A stretch of DNA of 64,000 nucleotides, from positions 11,156 through 75,155 of the forward strand of contig JBCCHT010000057.1 of NCBI GenBank assembly GCA_039028615.1, written 5' to 3'. Source of the DNA: Myxococcota bacterium (GTDB lineage: Bacteria; Myxococcota_A; Polyangia; Nannocystales; Nannocystaceae). How positions within the stretch are numbered: position 1 is the first letter of the stretch; each line of letters begins with the position of its first letter. A program made the translations under genes and the position numbers. The notes under the pieces were generated by a model. The model saw only the letters and a program-made list of their open reading frames with translations. It was not told the DNA's origin and searched no databases. Shown piece by piece: positions 46,995 through 55,122 of the stretch.

Positions 46995-47831
46995 ATGACC
47001 GCATCGACCTGGCCCGACGGTACCGAGCGACGCCCCTACGCCCTCGACGAAGCCTACGCGTGGTGTGAGGCAGTGGTCGCCGACCACCCCGAGCACTACC
47101 CGGTGGCCTCGCCCCGCATGGCCGAGCCCCTGCGCCGCCATGCTTCGGCCGTCTATGCGTTCTCGCGGGTCGCCAACGACTTCGCCGATCACCCCGACTA
47201 CGCCGACCGGCGGGGCAAGTGCCTCGACGCGTGGCAGGAGCTGCTCGAGCGGGCCTACCACGGCGAGTCCGAGCACCCGGCCTTCGTCGCGCTCGAGGCC
47301 ACCGTGCGGCAGGCCAACATCCCGGTCACTCCGTTTCAGGATCTGCTCGCGGGGTTCCGCATGGACCTGAGCAAGCACCGCTACTCGACCTGGGGCGAGC
47401 TGCTCAACTACTGCACGCTCTCGGCCGTCCCCGTGGGTCGCCTCATGCTCTTCTTGGCGGGCGAGCAGCGACCCGAGCTGCAGGCGCTGGCCGACCCCCT
47501 GTCCATCGCCATGCGCATCGCCGACATCCTGCTCGACGTGGGCTCCGATGCCCGCCAAGGCCGGGTGTACCTGCCCGACGAAGACCTCCTGCTCTTCGGC
47601 GTCGACCGCAGCGCCCTCGCCTCGAGCGAGCGCTCCGTGGAGCTGGGCGAGCTGGTGTCGTTCCAAGCCGCCCGCGCCCGCATGTGGCTGGCCCGCGCCC
47701 GCCCCTTGCTGCGCAAGGTCGGCCCCGGCCTCGCCGACGAGGTGGAAGGCATCTGGCAGAGCGGGCAGAACACGCTCGACCAGCTCGAAGCGGGCACCAT
47801 CGACGTGCTCGCCGACCGCTCCTCCAACTGA
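46995..47831 (+). CDS. Squalene/phytoene synthase family protein (HpnC-like, degenerate motifs)
   Basis: EHYPVAS, YAFSRVANDFAD, YC..SA.PVGR, GRVYLP. Confidence 0.85.
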   Translation: MTASTWPDGTERRPYALDEAYAWCEAVVADHPEHYPVASPRMAEPLRRHASAVYAFSRVANDFADHPDYADRRGKCLDAWQELLERAYHGESEHPAFVALEATVRQANIPVTPFQDLLAGFRMDLSKHRYSTWGELLNYCTLSAVPVGRLMLFLAGEQRPELQALADPLSIAMRIADILLDVGSDARQGRVYLPDEDLLLFGVDRSALASSERSVELGELVSFQAARARMWLARARPLLRKVGPGLADEVEGIWQSGQNTLDQLEAGTIDVLADRSSN

Positions 47832-47848
47832 CGTAAACTCGCTCCCCG

Positions 47849-48907
47849 ATGCTCGGGCTCGGTGCAGCCGCGTTGCTCGGGGCCCTGAGCCTCGGACCCG
47901 GCGCGCCGACGGCCCCGATCCCCATCGAGTGGTCTGCCCCTGCGCAGTGCCCCGACGAGTCGCGGGTGCAGCAGTGGTTGGCGGAGGCCCTGGCCGACAG
48001 CGCCGCCGATCCGGCCGGGATTCGGGCCCGGGTCGAGATCACCGAAGTCGACGATGGCCTGAGCCTTCGGCTCGCGCTCGATCGCCCCGAGGGCCCGGTC
48101 GGCCGCCGCACCATGAACGCCAGCGACTGCCATGCCTTGGCGACCGCGGCGGTCCTGGTCATCGCGCTCACCGTCGATCCGCAGGCCGAGATCGGTGCGC
48201 TCGACGAAGAGCCCGTGCCCTCCGAGCCGCAGTTCCCGGAGCCCGTCTCGGTCGTGCCCGTCGTCGAGCCCGAGCCCGAGACCCCCGCGGAACCGGAGCC
48301 CGAACCCGAGCCGCCCCCCGCCGCCGAGCCGAGCCCGCAAGCGCCTCGGCCGACGCCCGCCGACGCGGCGCCCGAGCCCGAGCCGCGCGTACGAGTGAGC
48401 GCGCGAGCTTCGGCCGCAGCGGGGCTGTCGGTGCTCTCGGGTCCGACCGCCGCGCTGTCACTGACCGCGATCCTTCACGGGCACCGTTTTCGAGCGGAGT
48501 TCGGGGGGAGCTACTGGACCCCGGTCGAAGCCCGCGCCCCCGACGGCCCGGGCGGGCGGATCCAGCAGTGGACCGTCGACGCCCGCGGCTGCGGCGTGCT
48601 TCGTCCGGGACCACTGGAGTTGCCGCTGTGCGGAGGCCTCGACATCGGTGCCGTGCATGGCCAGGGCATCGACGTGCTCGACCCTCAGCGAGTCACCTCC
48701 CTGCGGCTGGCCGCCGCCGCAGGAGCAGCCGTGCTGTGGCGCCCTGCTCGACTCGGCGGACGACTCGGGCTGTGGGCGGGCGCAGATGTGCTCGTCGCCC
48801 TGGTTCGCGCCCGCTTTCGACCCACGCCCGCGGCAACGGCGCTCGCGTACTACACCCCGCCCGTGGGCGGCCGGCTGGGAATCGGGGTCGAGGTACGATT
48901 TCGATGA
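47849..48907 (+). CDS. Predicted outer-membrane partner of ECF module 2
   Basis: Signal peptide, WSAPAQCP, PE-rich linker, strands ending GIGVEVRFR; paralog of 31023..31988. Confidence 0.78.
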   Translation: MLGLGAAALLGALSLGPGAPTAPIPIEWSAPAQCPDESRVQQWLAEALADSAADPAGIRARVEITEVDDGLSLRLALDRPEGPVGRRTMNASDCHALATAAVLVIALTVDPQAEIGALDEEPVPSEPQFPEPVSVVPVVEPEPETPAEPEPEPEPPPAAEPSPQAPRPTPADAAPEPEPRVRVSARASAAAGLSVLSGPTAALSLTAILHGHRFRAEFGGSYWTPVEARAPDGPGGRIQQWTVDARGCGVLRPGPLELPLCGGLDIGAVHGQGIDVLDPQRVTSLRLAAAAGAAVLWRPARLGGRLGLWAGADVLVALVRARFRPTPAATALAYYTPPVGGRLGIGVEVRFR

Positions 48908-48975
48908 CGGATCGGCGGGGCGGCGGACTTCAACAATGACGTGGACGACCCGCCGCCACGTCCGCCCACGAGCCC

Positions 48976-49506
48976 TTGCTCACCCTCGAAGACATCTACG
49001 CCGAACACTGCGGGTTCGTGTGGCGCACGGTCCTTCGCATGGGCATCCCCGAGCACGCGGTCGAGGACTTGATGCACGAAGTGTTCTTGGTGGTGCAGCG
49101 CAGGCTGGGTGACTACGACGGGCGGGTCGCGATGACCACGTGGCTGTATCACCAGACCCGCGGCGTGGTGAGCAACGACCGCCGTCGCCATCGTCGCGAG
49201 CAACGACGCATCGCGCTGGTCGACCCCAAGCCCCAGGCCGCGCCCGACCCCGAGGTGCAGACCGAGCGCCAGCAGGCGGCCCAGTTCGTGCGCGAGTTCC
49301 TGGAGCAGCTCGACCCCGACAAGCGGGAGGTCTTCGTGCTCGCCGAGATCGAAGGGCACCCCATGCCGGAGGTCGCCCGCAGCCTGAAGATCAAGCTCAA
49401 CACCGCGTACTCCCGCCTCCGGGCCGCGCGCACCAGCTTTCAGCGGGCGGTGAAGCGCCGTCGAAGCGGCGACGCGCCCGCTCAGTATCGGAGCCGAGTG
49501 GGATGA
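48976..49506 (+). CDS. ECF RNA polymerase sigma factor
   Basis: IYAEHCGFVWR, VEDLMHEVF, TWLY, VFVLAEIEG..LNTAYSRLRAAR. Confidence 0.92.
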   Translation: MLTLEDIYAEHCGFVWRTVLRMGIPEHAVEDLMHEVFLVVQRRLGDYDGRVAMTTWLYHQTRGVVSNDRRRHRREQRRIALVDPKPQAAPDPEVQTERQQAAQFVREFLEQLDPDKREVFVLAEIEGHPMPEVARSLKIKLNTAYSRLRAARTSFQRAVKRRRSGDAPAQYRSRVG

Positions 49507-50303
49507 ACGAGCGCCGCCAGATGCCCGAGCTCGGCGAGGACGAGGCCGCCCTTTTGGGTGCCTATCGAGCGGAGACCGAGATGCCGCCCGAGCTCGGCGC
49601 TCGGGTGTGGGATCGCCTCGAGGCGCCCGCGCCCGTGGGGCTCGAGGCCGCGGGATGGTCGGTGCGTGGCGTGGTGGTGGGCATGCTGGCGGCCGCGGCC
49701 GTCATCGGGCTGTGGATCGGGGCGCAGCAGCTTCGAACGAGCCCGACGCGGGCGCCCGCCGAGCAAGCGGGCTACCAGCACGGCGGAAACGGGTCGCCCG
49801 AGGCCGCCACGCCCCGGGAGCCCGATGCGGCGGCCTCCAAGTCGGACACCGCGGGCTCGACCGCCCTCCCCGAGCGCGCTCCCTCGCCCGATACGAGCGC
49901 GCCATCGATCGTGCCCGGTCCCACCGACGACGCGGCGCCGACCGGTGCCTCCAGCGGGTCCCCGGCCCCCGCGTCGAACCGAGCACCCTCCCGTCGCTCG
50001 CCGGCCTCCACGTCGACGCCCGAGCCCGCGCCGACCGACCGCCTCGCAGAGGAAAACCGCGTGCTCAGCCGCGCCCGCAAGGCCCTGCTCGACCACGCGC
50101 CCGAGCGCGCGCTCGAGCACCTGCGCGACCACGCCCGTCGCTTTCCCCGCGGCGTGCTGTCGCCCGAGCGCCAGGCCCTGCGCGCCATTGCGCTGTGCGA
50201 GGCCGGCCGTGAGATCGAAGGCACGGCGGCGGCTCGCGGTTTCCTGCGTGCGCACCCGCAAGCGACGCTGGCCGCTCGCGTCCGCACCGTGTGCCTGAAA
50301 TAA
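49503..50303 (+). CDS. Putative anti-sigma factor (single TM, C-terminal TPR-like helical domain)
   Basis: ATGA-coupled to the sigma gene; TM VVVGMLAAAAVIGLWI; LAEENRVLSRAR..FPRG..ERQ..ALC. Confidence 0.78.
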   Translation: MNERRQMPELGEDEAALLGAYRAETEMPPELGARVWDRLEAPAPVGLEAAGWSVRGVVVGMLAAAAVIGLWIGAQQLRTSPTRAPAEQAGYQHGGNGSPEAATPREPDAAASKSDTAGSTALPERAPSPDTSAPSIVPGPTDDAAPTGASSGSPAPASNRAPSRRSPASTSTPEPAPTDRLAEENRVLSRARKALLDHAPERALEHLRDHARRFPRGVLSPERQALRAIALCEAGREIEGTAAARGFLRAHPQATLAARVRTVCLK

Positions 50304-50368
50304 AGTCCGACGGATCCTCGAGGCCGTGGACTATGACGTCATGAACCGCCGACGGCGGCCCGATTATC

Positions 50369-51250
50369 ATGACTCGCTCTAACGACTACTTCCTCGGAAC
50401 TTCCCTCGCTGTCGCCCTCGGTGGCCTGCTCGCCGGCTTCAGCGGCGTCGCCTGTGACCTCCCCGACGAGGACCTCGGATCCGACAGCGCCACCTCGACC
50501 TCGGGTGGTGAGTCCGGTGACGCGCCCGTGTGCATGGACGGGCAGACGATGATGCCCGACTCCTGCAACACCTGCTTTTGTGAAGACGGGGGCTGGGCGT
50601 GCACCGAGATCGGCTGTGGCGACGGCACCGGAGGCGACGACTCCGGCCAGACCTGCGACCCCGACGACCTGCCCCCCGAAGCCGATTGCTCCAACAACTG
50701 CGGCTGCGAAGACGGCGAGTGGGTCTGCGATCTGGTCGGCTGCGCCGACTCGGGCGACACCACCACGGGCGGCGGCAACCCGACTGGCGGAGGCACCGAC
50801 GGCAAGGCGTGCAACTTCGAGCCCGAGCCCAAGGTCGAGTGCAACGAGTGCATCTGCGACGAAGAGGACTGGGCGTGCACCGACTTCGCGTGCCCCACCG
50901 CGCCGCCCGTCACCGTGTGCTCCGGCGCCGATCTCATCGACCCGCACACCGTGCTCAACGCCAACATCATCGGCCACGAGCTGTTCCTGACGCTCGAGTC
51001 GAGTGGGGGTTGTGCCGAGCACGTGTACGGAAATTGCTGGGAGGAGAGCTTCGAAAATTCCCTACCTCCGATGGTCTCCATCACCGTGACGCACGACAGC
51101 AACGCCGACCCCTGCGAGGCGCTGGTCATGGAAGAGACCGTTTTCGATCTCATGCCGCTTCGCAACGCGTACATCGAGGCGTACCAAGAGCTGTCCGGCA
51201 CGATGACGGTCAATGTCGCGGGATGGGGTCCCATCGACTACACCTTCTAG
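50369..51250 (+). CDS. Cys-rich lipoprotein with three pacifastin/VWC-like repeats
   Basis: Lipobox GVA-C; CNTCFCEDGGWACTEIGC and two related units; C-terminal SGGC..H..D.CEAL domain. Confidence 0.82.
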   Translation: MTRSNDYFLGTSLAVALGGLLAGFSGVACDLPDEDLGSDSATSTSGGESGDAPVCMDGQTMMPDSCNTCFCEDGGWACTEIGCGDGTGGDDSGQTCDPDDLPPEADCSNNCGCEDGEWVCDLVGCADSGDTTTGGGNPTGGGTDGKACNFEPEPKVECNECICDEEDWACTDFACPTAPPVTVCSGADLIDPHTVLNANIIGHELFLTLESSGGCAEHVYGNCWEESFENSLPPMVSITVTHDSNADPCEALVMEETVFDLMPLRNAYIEAYQELSGTMTVNVAGWGPIDYTF

Positions 51251-51421
51251 CGGCCCCTCGGTCGGGGGCGAGATTAATGTAGTGGACACCTCCCAATCTC
51301 GCCTCCGATCTCACCGCGATCGCGTTTCCATGTTTTCCCTATAACCACTCGCGGTGTCTCTACGTTAGCCTCCGGGCTGGATGGTAGTTCTTTCGTTCGA
51401 CGAGGATGGCTCGCCGACCTC

Positions 51422-52168
51422 ATGAGTGCCGAGCCTCTCCCCCAAGGGTCGGCTGCGGCCGAATCCCCTTGCCGACAGATACGCATCGAACTTCGCGACG
51501 CGGCGTGCTTTCCCCATGCCTTCGAGCGCTACCAAAAGGGCCTGACCAAGGCCCTACGCACCGAAGGACGGGGTCCCATCGAAGATCCCGTCATGATCCC
51601 GTGGGAGCCCGAAGAGTGCCTGCTCGTCGCCGCCCTCGATGAACGTGGCTACACCATCGGCGGGATCCAGCTGCAGCGACACGGCTCGCGACGCCCCCTG
51701 CCCTGCTTCGAAACGATGCGCCGCGCCGAGGTCTCCATCGACGAGCTGGTCGGCGAAGACACCTTCGATGGCGGGCACGGTGAGCTCGGGGGTCTGTGGA
51801 TCGGTGCGGCCTACCGCGGGTACGGCCTCGACTCCGCGCTCACCGAAGCCGCGATGTCCCTGGCCCGAGATTTTTGTGGCCGTTGGCTGTGGGGCCTATG
51901 CCCCGAGCCGATGCTGGTCGACTACGTGGCGGTGGGGTTTCAGCTCCGCCGCGACCTCGCGGAAGACGGCCGATGCTGGTCGGAGCCGATGCGCGAGCAC
52001 GCGTGGATCATTCACGCCGATCTCGACTCGGCCCAGGCTCGCTCGGCCCCGCGCTACGGGCTGCGACAACGGCTCGCCCGACAGCGCCGTGATCGCTACC
52101 GCCTCGGCGGGCCCCGGGATGCCCTGTCGGTGTCCTTCGACCTCCGCTGGCCGCAGCGCTCACCGTAG
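51422..52168 (+). CDS. GNAT-fold acyltransferase-like protein
   Basis: IGGIQL..LP, GELGGLWIGAAYRGYGL acyl-CoA-binding-like motif. Confidence 0.65.
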   Translation: MSAEPLPQGSAAAESPCRQIRIELRDAACFPHAFERYQKGLTKALRTEGRGPIEDPVMIPWEPEECLLVAALDERGYTIGGIQLQRHGSRRPLPCFETMRRAEVSIDELVGEDTFDGGHGELGGLWIGAAYRGYGLDSALTEAAMSLARDFCGRWLWGLCPEPMLVDYVAVGFQLRRDLAEDGRCWSEPMREHAWIIHADLDSAQARSAPRYGLRQRLARQRRDRYRLGGPRDALSVSFDLRWPQRSP

Positions 52169-53674
52169 GTCGTCGACGTAGCTGCCCACCCCGTGGGCGC
52201 GGACCAGCGCCTCGACCAGAGCGAGCGGGGCTCGAAAGTCGGGCGCATCGGTGGGCACGACCATCGGCAGCGAGCGCGCCACCCAGATGCGAACCGCTTC
52301 GTCGCGCAGCGCGGTGCTCAGCGCACCACGGCCCGCCCAGCGATAGCCATGCAGACCGGTTCGCCAGTAGCGAGCCTCGTGCTCGCGCAGCTCGGCCGGG
52401 AGCGACAGCGCTTCTTCCAGCGTCGCGGGATCGCACAGCAGCAGGGTCACGGTCGCGACCGCAGTGCTGATGCGCCGCACCAGGTCCTGCTCGCTGCGCC
52501 ACTGCGCGTGCTCGCGGGCGCGGGCCGACGCCCGGTCCTGAAAGGCAGCGATCCACGGCTGCACCTCTCGGGCCGCGGGGGGCTCGGCGCGCCAGCATGC
52601 GTCCAGCCGCTCTCCCGCGTCGAGCAATCCGTGCTCGTCCACCATCGCCGCCAGAGCCCACTGCGTCGCCGCCAGGTCGGCGGGCACGGGGCGCTCGGCC
52701 AGCGCTGAAAACCACTGCCGAACCTGGGCTCGAGGCGCCCACTGCCCGGACCGGAGCTCGATCGAGTCGGGCAAGGTATCGACCACGATCGTCGGGGGCA
52801 GCGAGGCGCGCTCCGTCCAGCCTTCCGACACCAGCGGCTCGGCCTCGTCGGTCTGCGGATCGAGCACGCACGGGCACTCCGGCTTGAGCGACACGTGCAC
52901 CGCCTCGCCATCGTCGATGAACACCCGCGGAAAGAGCTGACACCCCAGCGGCTTGGCCTCGAGTCCTCCCACGCGATGCACCGCACACAAGCCGTCGTCT
53001 TGGAGGAGACCACAGGCACCGTTGCGGGCGAGCGCGGCCATGCGCAGGCCCGGTACCGAGCCGCGCAGCGGGGTGGTGAAGCGCTCGATCGGCACCGAGT
53101 CGACCGTCCACTCCGGCAACAAGGCACGCACCCGCACCGATTCCTCGGGGGAGAGCATCACGGTGCCGTAGAGCCGACAGCAGGTGCCGCCCCCGTCGCA
53201 GCGCAGGCCCTCGGGCAGACCGATCAGCGGACGCGGGCTGACCTTCGGCTCGTCGACGATCTCCACCGTGCTTGGCGGGCGGCTCGGCGGCGGTGCGACG
53301 GTCTTCTCGCCTTCATCGGCGCGGGACTCGGTCCCACCGTCGCGGCTAGTCGCGCTCGGCCAGCTCTCGATGGGCTCGGCGCCCTCACCCGAGACCACCA
53401 TGCCCCGCTGCGCCAAGACCCCGAGCAGCTGCTCCACCGCATGCACTCGAGCGTGAGCCCCCTGGCGCCGTGCCGCCACCACGATGCCCTCGAGGTCGCG
53501 AGTCCCGTCCGCCGCTTCGATCAACGCCCACTCGCGGTGCCCCACCTGCAGCACCTCGTCGCGGCGTTGATCGTGGAGCACGACCGTCTCCCGACCATCG
53601 ATGACATGCCGACGCGCCAGCACATGCTCGGCCAGCTGGGGCCGCGACGGGAGCGGGGTCGAGGGACTCGTCAC
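52160..53674 (-). CDS. YkgJ/FliB-type Cys-cluster protein with N-terminal PqqD/RRE-like domain
   Basis: CDGGGTCC, CGLL....CAVH, KPLGCQLFP; N-terminal W.LI...DGTRD..I...V..LL..L..RGMV. Confidence 0.8.
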   Translation of the reverse strand: MTSPSTPLPSRPQLAEHVLARRHVIDGRETVVLHDQRRDEVLQVGHREWALIEAADGTRDLEGIVVAARRQGAHARVHAVEQLLGVLAQRGMVVSGEGAEPIESWPSATSRDGGTESRADEGEKTVAPPPSRPPSTVEIVDEPKVSPRPLIGLPEGLRCDGGGTCCRLYGTVMLSPEESVRVRALLPEWTVDSVPIERFTTPLRGSVPGLRMAALARNGACGLLQDDGLCAVHRVGGLEAKPLGCQLFPRVFIDDGEAVHVSLKPECPCVLDPQTDEAEPLVSEGWTERASLPPTIVVDTLPDSIELRSGQWAPRAQVRQWFSALAERPVPADLAATQWALAAMVDEHGLLDAGERLDACWRAEPPAAREVQPWIAAFQDRASARAREHAQWRSEQDLVRRISTAVATVTLLLCDPATLEEALSLPAELREHEARYWRTGLHGYRWAGRGALSTALRDEAVRIWVARSLPMVVPTDAPDFRAPLALVEALVRAHGVGSYVDDLR

Positions 53675-53738
53675 CCCTGCATGCTCGCTCAACCGCCCCC
53701 AAAGCGCGAGACGGGACCTGCTATCCTCCGTGGCCATC

Positions 53739-54479
53739 ATGCAACGCGTGGTCATCTTTGGCGCCACCTCGGCGATCGCGGGCGAGATCGCCGTACGCTA
53801 CGCCCATCGCGGCGCCCAGCTGTTCCTCGTCGGTCGCAGCCCGCAAAAGCTCGCCGCGCTCCGTGAGCGTCTCGGGTCCGCGGTCATCGGGCACGCCGAA
53901 GCCGACCTCGACCAGACCGCCGCCAACGAGGCCCTGGTCGAGCAGGCCGAGCGCGCCCTCGGTGGTCTCGACCTGGCCATCGTGGCCCACGGCTTGCTCG
54001 GCGATCAGATCGCCACCGAGCAACGCTGGGACGCGGCCGAGGCCGTACTCCGCACCAACCTGCTCAGCCCCATCTCGCTGCTCATCCCCTTGGCCAACCG
54101 ACTCGAGGCCCAGGGCCATGGCCACCTCGCCGTGCTCAGCTCCGTGGCGGGCGAGCGCGGCCGGCCTCGTAACTACACCTATGGCGCGGCCAAGGGCGCG
54201 CTCACGCTGTACTTGCAGGGCGTGCGCAGCCGCTTGTGGAAGCAGGGGATCGGCATCTCCACCATCAAGCTCGGACCCGTGCACACGCCGATGACGGCCG
54301 ACCACCCCAAGAACCCCCTGTTCGCGCAGCCCGAGGCCGTCGCTCGCGACATCGTCCGTCACCTCGAGGGGCGCCAGGGGGCCGTGTACCTGCCCTGGTA
54401 CTGGTCGCCGATCATGGGCGTGGTGCGGCGCCTGCCGGAGCCCTTGTTCCAGCGCTTCGGGTTTCTCTCCGGACGCTAG
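53739..54479 (+). CDS. Short-chain dehydrogenase (DprE2-like subfamily)
   Basis: FGATSAIA, SSVAGERGR..NYTYGAAK, GPVHTPMT. Confidence 0.92.
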   Translation: MQRVVIFGATSAIAGEIAVRYAHRGAQLFLVGRSPQKLAALRERLGSAVIGHAEADLDQTAANEALVEQAERALGGLDLAIVAHGLLGDQIATEQRWDAAEAVLRTNLLSPISLLIPLANRLEAQGHGHLAVLSSVAGERGRPRNYTYGAAKGALTLYLQGVRSRLWKQGIGISTIKLGPVHTPMTADHPKNPLFAQPEAVARDIVRHLEGRQGAVYLPWYWSPIMGVVRRLPEPLFQRFGFLSGR

Positions 54480-54584
54480 CGTTCCGGCCCGACCGCTGGT
54501 GCGGCCGATCAACAGCCGCGCTCCATTTGTCGGTCCAACCGGGGCGGTCGCGGGACCTACTGAGAGTTAGCCGTGGTCTCCCGT

Positions 54585-55091
54585 ATGTGGTCCCGTTTTC
54601 TTGGTTTGTTGTGTCCTTTGGCCCTATTCCCGAGCGGATGCGTCGTGGTCGATGGTGGTGGCGTCACCACCACCACCGGGGCCGAGACTCCGCACGACGT
54701 CTGCCAGCAGGCCCTGCTCGACGTCGCCGAAGAGGGTCCCGCGTGTCCCATCGGGTCGATGTTGATGATCGTCTCCGGCCCCGAAAGCGACGGTGAATCC
54801 GTCGACCCCGAAGATCCCGAGGCCGGCCTCGATCTCGGCGGCGGAGCCCGGCTGTACCTCGTCGATGGACCCAACGATGTCGTGGGTCACGTCTATGCGC
54901 GTGGCCCCGAGTGCTACACGGTGTGTGCCACCTGCCCGCTCGGCTTCCACGCCTGCGTGGTCGAGTTCGAGGGAGGCGGCCTCTTCCGCCAGTGCATCCC
55001 GCTCGACGACGAGGACCCGGTCGCCACCTGTGCCGGGACCGACGAAATCGAAGGCACCGAGTCCACGGGCGGCGCCGACGAGACGGGCTGA
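54585..55091 (+). CDS. Hypothetical Cys-containing lipoprotein
   Basis: MWSRFLGLLCPLALFPSG-C; acidic, with several Cys residues. Confidence 0.6.
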   Translation: MWSRFLGLLCPLALFPSGCVVVDGGGVTTTTGAETPHDVCQQALLDVAEEGPACPIGSMLMIVSGPESDGESVDPEDPEAGLDLGGGARLYLVDGPNDVVGHVYARGPECYTVCATCPLGFHACVVEFEGGGLFRQCIPLDDEDPVATCAGTDEIEGTESTGGADETG

Positions 55092-55122
55092 ACGCTCGCC
55101 TCGCCGACACGCGCTTGCCTGC

